A DNA stretch of 63,653 nucleotides, the filler included, from Folioceros fuciformis (lineage: Eukaryota): the NCBI GenBank assembly GCA_049999805.1. It is 8 parts of 8 records of this genome, joined end to end, with 100 filler letters (N's around TTAATTAATTAA, not from the genome) between each part and the next. Parts side by side here need not be neighbours in the genome. Positions count along the whole stretch, not along the records: positions 29,965 to 39,947 come from JBNGIO010005852.1; positions 40,048 to 43,183 come from JBNGIO010005853.1; positions 43,284 to 50,048 come from JBNGIO010005854.1; 5 more parts are not named here. One strand, 5' to 3'. This document shows, piece by piece, positions 36,329 to 47,500 of this stretch. A program made the translations under genes and the position numbers. How positions within the stretch are numbered: position 1 is the stretch's first letter; each line of letters begins with the position of its first letter. The notes below the pieces were generated by a model. It saw nothing but the letters and a program-made list of their open reading frames with translations, searched no databases and was not told where the DNA came from.

Positions 36329-39300
36329 AGCATGTGTGGTGGCTGGAGGCTCGTCTCCAAGCGAGGCCGTCTCCAGGAACCATTTTGGCGACAAGGCTTT
36401 CCGGACCTCAGATTCTGCCAACGTGGCAACAGTCTTCGTTCAGCTGTCTTCCGGCATATGCAGGCCCAGGGAGTCCTGTTTTCCTGCAACTTATGTGAGG
36501 CAGTCGGGGTAGATGCTCATCCTGGAGCTCTGGGTGTCAAAATGGTGTGTAGGGAGTCGAAGTCGCACTGGAGCTTGCCGTATGATGCTGGCCCTTGTAG
36601 GCCCGTAGAATACAGATCGAGGGTAACGTCTGAAACCGTGACCAAGCTGTGTGATGAGGGACGTGCTAGGGAGGCCGTTGAGGCTTTGGGATTGCTGGTG
36701 CAGACAAGCTGTCCTGTTTCCAGGTACCTCTTTTATGCTGTGCTGAAGAAGTGTGCAGTCGAGAAGGACCTTGTTCTAGGCCGTCGGGTTCATGCTTTCA
36801 CAATTAGAGGAGGATGCGGTTCGGACTTGTTCCTGTGCAATCACATGCTGCGAATGTATGCTGCTCATGGCAGGCTGCAGGACGCCGTGGATGTGTTTGC
36901 GATGGTGGCTGAGCCGGATGCCTTCATGTGGTCTTCCATGATGTCTGCGCATGTCAAACATGGGCAAGACAAGCAGGCTGTACAACTGTATCGGCGGATG
37001 CTCAGGTCACGTGTGGGGCCAGATAGCCATGTCTTTGTGGCAGCCCTTCAGGCTTGCGCAAGGGGGTCAGATTTGGAAACTGGGCATCAGGTGCATGCCG
37101 ACATGCTAGCCAGTGGAGTCGAGTGTGATACGTTTGTGTGGAATTGCTTGGTGTACATGTACGCGAAGTGTGGCAGGTTGGAGGAGGCTCAGAGAGTGTT
37201 TGAGGGACTTGGTCAGAAAGATGTGGCGTCGTGGAATGCATTGATCGCCGGGTATTCTCAGCAGGGCATGGGCCACGAAGCCCTTCGCCTTTACATGGCT
37301 ATGCAAGAAGAGGGCATGTCTGTACCGGATTCAGTGACATTTTTGAGCCTCCTACAGGCATGTGCGAATGTGGGCAGCCCAGCTTTGGAGAAGGGAAAGG
37401 AGTTAGAGGCTCAACTTAGAGAACAAGGATATGATGCTGACGTTTTCGTGGCCAGCAGTTTAGTCAACATGTATGCCAAGTGTGGCAGCTTGGAAGACGC
37501 ACAGAGAGTGTTTGCAGGTCTTTCTCATAAGGACGTTGTAACATGGAATACCATGATATCAGGCTATGTGCAGCAGGGTATGAGCCAGGAAGCCCTTTGT
37601 CTTTACAATGCCATGCAACAAGAGAGTACGGCTGAACCGGATTGTCTGACATTTGTGCGCCTCCTGCAGGCATGTGCGATTGCGGGCAAGCCAGCTTTGG
37701 AGAAGGGGAAGCAGCTTCATGTGCAAATCAGAGTGCAGGGACATGAAACTGATGCCATTGTAGCCACGAATTTGGTAAACATGTATGCCAAGTGTGGCAG
37801 CTTGGAAGATGCCATGACTGTGTTTCAAGGACTTGGTGAAAAAGATGTGGTGGCCTGGACTGCTATGATGTCTGGCTATACTCAGCAGGGCAAGGGCCAG
37901 GAAGCACTTCGCCTCTACAGTACTATGCAACAAGACAGTGCCAGTATTGCAGATAGCGTGACATTTGTGTGCCTCCTGCAGGCATGTGCAACTGTGGGTT
38001 CCCTGGCCTTGGAGACGGGGAAACAGCTTCACGCACATATCAGAGGGCAAGGGCATCAAGTTGATATTTCTGTTGCGAATAGTTTGGTAAACATGTACGC
38101 AAAGTGTGGCAGCTTGGTCGATGCTCGCAGAGTGTTTGAGGAACTTGGTGAAAAAGATTTGGTGACTTGGAATACCATGATGTCAGGGTATTCCCAGCAG
38201 GGTATGGGCCAGGAAGCCCTTCATCTGTTCAGTGCCATGCAAGAACATGGCATCTCTGTGCTGGATTCTGCGACATTTGTGTGTCTTCTGCAGGCATGTG
38301 CAAGTGTGGGCACCCCAGCATTGGAGAAGGGGAAGCAGCTCCATGCACAAATCGCAGAACCTGATGTGTTTGTGGGGAACAGTTTGGTACACATGTATGC
38401 AAAGTGTGGCAGCTTGGAAGATGCTGAAAGTGTGTTTGGGGGGCTTCATGAAAAAGATGTGGTGACGTGGACTGCTATGATAGCAGGGTATTCCCAGCAG
38501 GGAAAGGGCCAGGAAGCCCTTCAGCTTTACCGTTTAATGCAAGGAGATGGCCTCACTGTCCCCGACTGTGTGACGTTTGTATGCCTCCTGCAGGCATGTG
38601 CTAATGTGGCAGCTGTGTATCTCGGGAGGCAGCTGCATGCCCAGATTGAAGAGAAAGGGCTTCAATATGATCCATTCGTGGCAGGGAGTTTGATAAACAT
38701 GTATGGAAAGTCTGGGAGCATGGTTGAAGCTCAGCAGGTGTTTGACGCCTTGCCCAAGAGAGATGAGGTCTCCTGGAGTGCGCTGATTGCGGGCTACACC
38801 TCTCAGGGAGACAGTGAAGCTGTCTTTGACTTGATCGAGAAGATGAAACAGGAGGCCATACAGCCAGTCAGCGTCACATTCCTCTGTGTACTTACAGTAT
38901 GTTGTCATTCGGGTCTAGTGAACAAAGGGAGAGAGTACTTCGAGTGTATGAGCAGACACCACGGCATCACTCCCACCGTGGAGCACTATACATGCATGGT
39001 GGATCTCCTGGGCCGTGCAGGCCGCCTGGATGAGGCACTGAGGTTGGTACGGTCAATGCCTGTAGTGCCGAATGCTGCAATTTTTCACACTTTGTTGGCA
39101 GCCTCCCAAAAGTGGAGCAACGTTGAGGTGGGACACCAGGCTTTTGTGCAAGCATTGAATCGCGACAAGAGTGATTCGGCAGCATATGCCTTGATGTCCA
39201 ATATCTACAGGGGTGCTCACATGTGGAAGCACGCGGATGAGGCTCAGGCGAGGAGAATAAGGATGAAAGCGTGGAAGCCTCCGGGTCAAAGCTGGTGGAC

Positions 39301-39376
39301 AGACTCGGATGGACTGGTGCACAGTTTTTTGGTTGAGGATAGGAAGCCTTCAAGAGTCTTGCAAGGCATCAAATAG
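36329..39376 (+). CDS. PLS-class pentatricopeptide repeat protein, E+ subclass (WW-type PG box), organellar RNA-editing factor
   Basis: Intronless ~1000-aa ORF with about 7 P-L-S triplets (MYAKCG period mostly 312 bp), P2-L2-S2 (HYTCMVDLLGRAG), E1/E2 (AAYALMSNIY) and KPPGQSWWTD...VHSF, then stop. Start codon uncertain (~36329 or 36542). Confidence 0.95.
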   Translation, partial: SMCGGWRLVSKRGRLQEPFWRQGFPDLRFCQRGNSLRSAVFRHMQAQGVLFSCNLCEAVGVDAHPGALGVKMVCRESKSHWSLPYDAGPCRPVEYRSRVTSETVTKLCDEGRAREAVEALGLLVQTSCPVSRYLFYAVLKKCAVEKDLVLGRRVHAFTIRGGCGSDLFLCNHMLRMYAAHGRLQDAVDVFAMVAEPDAFMWSSMMSAHVKHGQDKQAVQLYRRMLRSRVGPDSHVFVAALQACARGSDLETGHQVHADMLASGVECDTFVWNCLVYMYAKCGRLEEAQRVFEGLGQKDVASWNALIAGYSQQGMGHEALRLYMAMQEEGMSVPDSVTFLSLLQACANVGSPALEKGKELEAQLREQGYDADVFVASSLVNMYAKCGSLEDAQRVFAGLSHKDVVTWNTMISGYVQQGMSQEALCLYNAMQQESTAEPDCLTFVRLLQACAIAGKPALEKGKQLHVQIRVQGHETDAIVATNLVNMYAKCGSLEDAMTVFQGLGEKDVVAWTAMMSGYTQQGKGQEALRLYSTMQQDSASIADSVTFVCLLQACATVGSLALETGKQLHAHIRGQGHQVDISVANSLVNMYAKCGSLVDARRVFEELGEKDLVTWNTMMSGYSQQGMGQEALHLFSAMQEHGISVLDSATFVCLLQACASVGTPALEKGKQLHAQIAEPDVFVGNSLVHMYAKCGSLEDAESVFGGLHEKDVVTWTAMIAGYSQQGKGQEALQLYRLMQGDGLTVPDCVTFVCLLQACANVAAVYLGRQLHAQIEEKGLQYDPFVAGSLINMYGKSGSMVEAQQVFDALPKRDEVSWSALIAGYTSQGDSEAVFDLIEKMKQEAIQPVSVTFLCVLTVCCHSGLVNKGREYFECMSRHHGITPTVEHYTCMVDLLGRAGRLDEALRLVRSMPVVPNAAIFHTLLAASQKWSNVEVGHQAFVQALNRDKSDSAAYALMSNIYRGAHMWKHADEAQARRIRMKAWKPPGQSWWTDSDGLVHSFLVEDRKPSRVLQGIK

Positions 39377-40047
39377 AAGTTTTGAGCGGGAAAAGCAATG
39401 CTTGCATGAGCGCAGCGATCTGACCCCTACGTGCAAATTTTGCATCCCTTCCCGCTGTCACAGAGCGCTCACAGGCAGTAGAGTCGCAGATTTAGCATTT
39501 GCAAGCAGCCAGTTCCAGCCACCTCAAACTTAGTTTACTTACGCCTGAGTTCACGACATCGGCGAGGGCTGGTCTCCACGGAAGTTCATGTAAGCAGGGG
39601 GCAAGTTGAGCCCTCTACAAACCTCCAGCCTGGTTCTGCCACGGAGCCCTGTGCTCTCCTCGGCGATGTAGCTTACCAGATACCCTCACATATATTGCAG
39701 CATTCGTGGAGGGATGAAATTTGGGCTAATACAGAGCCTCGGGCCTGACGATAGCGGTATTCCACACAGGCCCGAGTGCGGGGAGAATCTTCGCTGCACC
39801 AGACTCATATAATACTTACTATTTATGCATGCAATGGGATGGATGGCTAAGTAATAAGGCTTGGTTTGTTTCGTTATACACAGCAGCCCGCTTGACGAGA
39901 TCAGTATTCCACACCCTAAGGCTATTGAGACTATGTATGTCTTCTACNNNNNNNNNNNNNNNNNNNNNNNNNNNNNNNNNNNNNNNNNNNNTTAATTAAT
40001 TAANNNNNNNNNNNNNNNNNNNNNNNNNNNNNNNNNNNNNNNNNNNN

Positions 40048-41028
40048 CTTGTAGCCTTGTACACCAGCACCTACAGCCGTGGTCAGCAGCGTGCTCTCCA
40101 GCAGAGTATGCCCTCCTGCTGCGGGATCAGAGGGCGTATCAACAGCGTGCCCTCCAGCAGAGTGCCCTCCCGCTGTGTGCCCTCCTGCTGCGGGATCAGA
40201 GGGCGTGATCAACAGCGTGCCCTCCCGCAGAGTGCCCTCCACCTGCAGCTCCTCCTCGAAGTCCATGACATGGCAGGCCGCCATGTCCGGCCCCTGATCC
40301 ACCACCATGTCCCGCATCTGGTCCGGCACGGGCACGGGGACGGGCACTGGCAGGGGCAGAGCCAGGGACCGGATTTGCTCGTCCGGCCGACATCCCCACC
40401 TGGCCTCTGCCTTCTTGTGGTTTTCAGAGTTAGCATGGCAGCGCAATGCTGACAGCTGCAGGTTCCTGCACCCGGATCCCTTCCCCCAGGGCGTGTCCAG
40501 CCCGCCCTCCTCGTAGTACTCGCAGTTCATAACGGTCTCCCCGCTGGGCTTCTTCCTGGTGATGACCCACGGGTAAAGGTACCTCCACGCGTTGCGTAAT
40601 TGGCGCTTGAAGAGCTTCTTCTTGAGACTGGCGGAGCTGGCCAAGCCCATATCCACGCCTCCTTCTTGCTCGTCCCCCCTTCCATTCCCAAAACCCGGCT
40701 CGTGCTCGTGATCCTGATCCTGCTCTTGCTCTTGCTCCTGCTCCAGCTCCAAGTCGTTGGCATCCCCGTCCCTGTCCTCCTTGTCGTCCTCGAAATCCAA
40801 GTCATCCTCGCCGTCGGCCCCGACGTCGTTGCTGCCCTCCCCAAGACTGGCGCTCCCGCTCCCGCTTCCCGCGGGCCTCATGCCATCCTGTAGCCCGTCC
40901 CCGGGGAAGCGCGGATACGCATCCGCGCCGGCAAGAAGCGCCCCCAAGGTGACAGCCTTGCTCTTTCTTGGCCTGGCGGGCTTGTCTGCCAGGCCGGCAG
41001 CGGCGGACGCAGAGGCAGCGGCCGACAT
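40048..41028 (-). CDS. Protein with a TTF-type (hAT-related) zinc finger, acidic tract and GGH-rich repeats; truncated at contig end
   Basis: RQLRNAWRYLYPW...MNCEYYE...WGKGSG...LSALRCHANSENHKKA matches the ZnF_TTF-like W-PW/CxxC/HxxSxxH pattern. ATG 41028 is in frame. Confidence 0.7.
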
Positions 41029-43667
41029 CGCAGGAAGGGATCCCGCCCTTGCCCCGCCCCGTGTCACCGCAGGCCAGCCGGGCTCCGCACAGCATCTTGC
41101 CCGCTGCCCCGCAGCAGGGAAGGAGCAGAATTGAGGCGCCCCTGGTGACGAGTTCTCACATCCTGAGCAGCGCGCGTCATGGACGCATGAGGTCACGGGG
41201 CTGCCTCCAGCCCGCAGCCAGTCGCTACACGTGGGACTCAAACAGCACCAGCGCTTGCGCCATCAAAGATCTGGATCACGCCATCACAACAGCAGCGAGC
41301 GGCTGGCAGAGGCAGAGGCAGAGGCAGAGGTGAATGCAGGAGCAAGAAATCCTCATGAACCTGGTTCCCGAGCAGCAGAAGCGCACAGCGCAATTTCCAG
41401 CAGCCGCGCGTCCCGAGGCGAGGCGAGGCCCAGGCCCAGGCCCAGAGCAATTGGTGCCGGCGCCGGCCACCCTCCCCTCAAACTCCGTGCCAAGAGAATG
41501 CTAACGGGTTACAAGCCGCTGCGGGAATGGGAATTGCTACAGGCGTGCAGAGTTGCAAGAGGCAGATGAAGCCTGGGAAGAGGCGGCCCAAGGGGAGGGG
41601 AGGGCGTAACCAAGAGCTGCAGCGGCCAGCAACCCGGCAACGCAAACTCGGGCGTGGCGAATGCGAGGCCAGGCGAGGCACAGGCGAGGCACAGGCCCCG
41701 GGCGAAGGCGACGCGGACGGTGGAGCAGCTGCACCTGCAGTCGCAACAGTATGCTCGGTCCTGGAAACAGCCAAAGAGAGAGAGGCGACGTGGCGTCCAC
41801 CTCGCTTATCGCTTATTAGCTACCTGCTGCTCTGCGCTAGTACGCGTGCGTTACCTAAACCCCCAGGATTGCCCGCGCTTGCACCCCACCCACCGCCTGC
41901 TTTTGCTAATGCCACTCCTAATGCTTGTGACTATGTTTACGCTTCCTCTTACCCCTACGCTTATGCTTTTGTGGTGCTACACATCCTGGGTCGGGCCTGA
42001 ACCGGGCTCACTCTCACATGCACCACGCATATTCCTTCTAAACCGTAAACTCTGTCGCAAATGCTCAGAGCGAGCACACACACCTCAACAGCACCATTGT
42101 CCCGTGGCTCTTCCATGTCATAGCTTTCTTCTCCGCGCACACTCACCCAACAAACGCACTAAATGTGATGAAATCACAATCCATCACAGTAATAGTATCC
42201 ACAATTCAGTGGTCACTAGCCGTGTCAAAGTGATATGCTTTAGCACACCTTGGCTTTCCAAATTGTACCAGATAAGTCATCCTGTGTGAAGAAGAGTTCG
42301 TATTGGGCACTCGTAGCATCCCAGAAGCCTAGTGTTGCCTAGTGTTTAAGAGGGGATGATTGAAGTACTAGAACCGGACCATCACTGGTGTACTACAACC
42401 CACCGACTGTGGAGCTACCTCCACTTAGTCTTTAAGAGTGGATGAAGTGCAAGAACCACACCATCAATGTTGTACTTGAATCCACCCTCCTACAGTGGAG
42501 CTTCCGAGGAAGCTCCACTGTGGAAACTAGGGTTGTATGAAACATTTCAAACACTTGCTTAGTGTGTCAATGTCTTGAATGTGGTACTTGGCCTTTTGGA
42601 CATCGCACAAGTCTGTTCGACTGAAAAGTTTTGCAAATGGTACAAAAAGTATAAAGACTTGATCTCTGCCTACAATGGTACACAAGTATAAAGACTTGCT
42701 CTCTTGGATTGGGTACAAGGTTGTTCTACTTGAACAACTCTATCAATGCTTTTTCTGCAAGCTACATTATAAGTACTATGCATTCTACACAGTGTCGTCC
42801 AATGACAATGAGACTACTTTAACTATTCGCGTATCAAAGTAAATCATAGATGTTAACATGATCTCCTCACTTTGAATTGATTAGAGATGGAATAAATTTG
42901 ATCGCAAACTTTCCATCACTTGCATTAGGGTAGACATTAGATAAGCACTTTCTATCAATACATTACACCATAACTTGTAGAGAGGAGTAGGTAGGTCCGG
43001 ATCTACTGGCCCTTTCCATCTTTAGCCTTCTTCAAGTTGTTTCTCCCCATTTCTTGGGTAGTTGGAATCTCCATCTCTTTTAATAAGATAATGGATAAAT
43101 AAGAAAAGAAAGATTGCTAAGACTTGGTGACTGCCGGCACGTCCGGTCCCCACAGGCTTGCAAGTCACCTGACTGCCTTCCTCNNNNNNNNNNNNNNNNN
43201 NNNNNNNNNNNNNNNNNNNNNNNNNNNTTAATTAATTAANNNNNNNNNNNNNNNNNNNNNNNNNNNNNNNNNNNNNNNNNNNNATTGATCAACATGTTGA
43301 TTTAATCTGCATATTCATTTAATCAAAAATGGTATCAGAGCAGGTTATATGCAATCTTCATGTTATTTGATGCACATTACAGAATGCATTTACGTAAAGT
43401 TTTGTTATTCTTTTGATTTAGAAAAATGTTTTCTTGATAAGAAAACAAAACTTTTAAAGAACATATTTTGTGTTTTTTATTTATATAAAAATCCAAGAAT
43501 TCCTGGCAAATTAAGGAAGTGATCCTGGCGCATTTGTCCTGGATTGCTTTTTAAAGCAATCTCAGGACATATGCGCTAAGACAACTACCTAATCTGCAGG
43601 TAGATTGTTAGACATATTTATATAAATACAATGAACATTTAACAAAACAAAAATTTTGGCCTGATGA

Positions 43668-44411
43668 ATGGCCAATCAATTGGTCGGGCACCAGTGGCAG
43701 CCTCGCCCTACTGAGCGGATTCCACAACTTCAAAATCGCCGCAGGAGGCAAGGAGCACAAGCTGCAAGGAACGCAGTTGCTGGTCAGCTTCATCAACATG
43801 TGACCGAATGGATTGCTACAATACAAGACCAGCCTGTCCTTGCACTTGAAGTAAGGGAATCTTTCAATCCTTTGATTGAAGTGATTTATCCTGAACAGCG
43901 CCACTTGGTGATTGCCCTTCCACCCCGCAATCCTAACAATCTCCCAGAAGTTCGCGTTCAAAGAGCCTTTGATGGGAATGGTAACCCTAGAGGTTTTCTA
44001 ACAACACATGTCTCTTCACCTGCCAGTGTTGCACAGTTAGTGAACAGGATTGAGTCACATCAGCAACATGTGGACACACGCTTTAGCAGTATCATGCACA
44101 AGGTATATGCTAACAGTGTAGACTTGAGAGATTTGCAAGAGCAAATAAGTCAATTGGATTTCAAGCTTCTTACCTTGTTAAAACCATCTTTGCTTGCTAA
44201 CCCTATACACAGAGGTGTAGCCTGCAAGCATGCAACGAAAACAAGTAAAAAACATATGTTTGGAAGTCCTAATTCTTGTCCATCCTGCTCTATATATGCT
44301 TACAATAAGTGGGAGATTAGAAATCAGAAAATCAGAAACGGAATTCAACAACAAGAGTCAAAAGCTAGACTTGTAGCTGACAGACTCCCTGATGCTGTCA
44401 ACATACTGTAA
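43668..44411 (+). CDS. Intact extra ORF0 of Copia F (247 aa; basic N-terminus, coiled coil, CxH...CxxC)
   Basis: Uninterrupted ATG-to-stop ORF between PBS and the gag ATG (44527). Homologous segments in elements A and B. Confidence 0.75.
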   Translation: MANQLVGHQWQPRPTERIPQLQNRRRRQGAQAARNAVAGQLHQHVTEWIATIQDQPVLALEVRESFNPLIEVIYPEQRHLVIALPPRNPNNLPEVRVQRAFDGNGNPRGFLTTHVSSPASVAQLVNRIESHQQHVDTRFSSIMHKVYANSVDLRDLQEQISQLDFKLLTLLKPSLLANPIHRGVACKHATKTSKKHMFGSPNSCPSCSIYAYNKWEIRNQKIRNGIQQQESKARLVADRLPDAVNIL

Positions 44412-44526
44412 CTGAGCTGCATGTGCATTACATGTTTGAAGTCTTGAGTCTTCTAACCCCTGCAAAGCCATCACCGAATCTTAGTAATTTTGGGAGTAGC
44501 TAACCCAAAAATACCAAAGGGGTAAA

Positions 44527-47500
44527 ATGGCATCTGCAGTAGATACCTCATCTAGCTTGGGTGGGGAAGGGTTCAAGGAGAAAGATAGGTTTGGAGGTCA
44601 GGATGACGACATATGGGTAATCCGCATGAAAGGGGCCTTACAAAATAGGAAGTTGTGGAAGGTAGTCATTGGGGAAGAGAAGGCCCCAGTGGCCCCCACA
44701 CCTCCCACATTACCTACAGCTGCTGAGAAAAAGTTAATTGATGCATGAGATGCAAAGGATGAGGAAGCTATGTTCCTCATCAGGAGTGGTCTTACCTCAG
44801 AGATGTTAAGACAGACTTCAGAATGTACAACCTTAGCAGAAATATGGATAAGACTTCAAGACCTGTATGCAGGCAGCAACCAAACAAGTCAAATGACAGC
44901 TTTGAGAAATTTACAATTATGTAAAATGAGAGAAGGAGAATCAATCGAAAAGCACCTTTAGGACACTTGTGTCCAGACTTGAAAGTGCTTCAAACGAGGT
45001 TGTTAAAGATGATACACTAATACTTTACTTCCTCATATCCTTACCAGACTCTTGGTCACATTTTGTGACCTCCTTCAATGCCTCGAGACTCCAGACTGAG
45101 AAACTTGCAAAGGCAGCAGGTGTAATCCTGCCAGAAACCAGCTTTGCAGAGTTAGTGGGAGCCTTATTGCAAGAGGAAGCAAGCAAATCTTACAACAGAC
45201 GAGCTGGTAAGCAGCAAGCCCTCTATACATCCAACAGAGGACGTGGAGGAGGAAGACCCTATAACAGGGGTGGGGGCAGTACCTCGAGAGGTGGTGGTTC
45301 ACAAGGACGTGGAACCAGCCAAAGAAAACCCAAAAGGACAGGAACTTGCAACTGGTGCAAATTACCTGGTCATTGGGAGCGTGAGTGTAGGAAAAAGCAG
45401 GCTGGTGTACCTCGCAAGGAGGGTTCGACCAGTGCTGAGACTCACATGGTTGTTAAGAAGCAACCAACCCCCTCTGCCCTCACAGTTGGTACAACAGTGT
45501 TTGCCACAAGTTCATCCTTGTCACCTGCTTGTTTGTTAGCAAATACAAAGGTTAAGTATACCATAGATTGGTACTTAGACACAGGGGCTACTGCCCATAT
45601 TTGCCTAGACAGAAAAGCATTTCAAACGTACAAATCAGTTAAGGATCAGTACGTATACCTGGGGGATGACAGATCTCTGGTGTCTCCTGGCATTGGAACA
45701 ATAGAACTGCTTGTTCCATCAGGAAATGTATTAGTGTTGCATGATGTGTACTATGTACCAGACATGACACGTAACCTCATTTCAGTCAGAAAGCTGAATT
45801 CTGATAATCACTGTCACATTCTCTTTATTCAAACAGAATGTCAAGTATTAGATGCCTTTAATCATACTAGAGTACTTGCCTTTGGGTCTTCTGAGAAGGA
45901 CTTGTTCCGTCTACATACAGATAGAAGTATACCATTTTCTCATTTGACCAAGGATGCTACTCATGCATCTGCACAGCAAATAGAAAAGTCAAAACTATGG
46001 CATTTACGATTAGGGCACCCACATTCAGCAAAATTACAGAAATTAGCTGTAAGTGATCTTTACCAGCATGGGCAGATAGGTCCTCTGGTGCCATTTCCTT
46101 TGTGTGAGTCTCGTGTTCTCTCAAAGCGGCATCAAGCAGCCTTTAAGAACAAAGAACCACACAGAGCTACAGATGTCCTGGAACTTGTTCATACGGACTT
46201 ATGTGGACCACTCTCACAAGAATCCATTGGTGGTGGCAAGTATTTCCTGACATTTACAGATGACAAGACAAGGTTTGTAACAACCTATATCTTAAAGCAA
46301 AAGAGTGAATGCTTCAGCTATTTTAAAGAATATCTCAAGTATGTTGAAAGGTGGACTGGAAAACAACTAAAAACCCTAAGATCTGATAACGGGGGAGAGT
46401 TTACCTCAAAGGAGTTTCAGGACTACTGTTTAACTGAGGGTATTGGACGCCAGCTTACAGTTGTCTACACGCCTCAACAGAATGGTGTGGCTGAGCGCCT
46501 CAATCTTACGTTGCAGGAGATGACATCTTCTCTCCTACATCATGCTCAACTGCCCCTGCCATATTGGGCAGAGGCCATTATGACATCAACCTATCTCAAA
46601 AACAGATTGCCTACCACTTCAGTAGTTGATCTTACCCCTTATGAAGCGTTCACAGGGCGCAAGCCATCCATACTTCACTTGCGTATCTTTGGTTGTAAAG
46701 CATACGCCTTTGTTCCTAAGGAGAAAAGAAAGAAGCTATTAGATAAGGCTAGAAAACTTCTGATGTTAGGCTATACAGAGGGCATCAAAGCATATAAACT
46801 TTATGATATACTTTAAAATAAAGTTATCTACGGTAGGAGCATTACTTTTGATGAAGGTAGCACTTGGGCCTCAGTGGGAGTATCCCAGGATCCTCCTCTT
46901 GGTGACGAAGAGGCATCAGCGTTTCAAGATTCACACTTTGACCAGACTGATCATGGCACTCAAGTTGTTCCTGTTGAGGATGTTGCCCCTGTGGGTGGGG
47001 TAGATCCGGCTGATGATATTGATGATTCAGCAGGTTTTGATGATGTAGCTGTAGAACCTGCACAACAAGATGTTCCAGACAATCATCAGGATCAACAGGA
47101 CCATCATCCTCCAGAACCAATTGCTGATCCGATTGAGCCTACCTTAGATGCTGAGCTTGTTCACCCTCCAGTTGCTGAAGAACCAGTTAGAAGGTATCCC
47201 ACCCGCCAGCGACAACCTCCTGACTACTACCGTGCTCTGGATTTCCGAGTTTCTTCTTCTCATGTGACTGTCAATGCTGCCACTTCTCTTGATCCCATTG
47301 AGCCTCAATCCTATGAAGAGGCGTTGCGTAGACCTGATCACAAAGAATGGGAAAAAGCAATTCAATCAGAGTATGACTCATTAATGGAGAACGGAACATG
47401 GGAACTAGAGGAGTTACCTCCATAAAGAAAGCTAGTTTCATGCAAATGGGTTTTCAAAATGAAGGTTAAGGCAGATGGTACCTTCGATCGTTACAAGGCT

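Noticed and set aside
41231-42289. Overlapping GC-rich ORFs upstream of the zinc-finger gene
   Set aside because: Open frames on both strands are expected at this GC content. No domain is visible; likely UTR or promoter.
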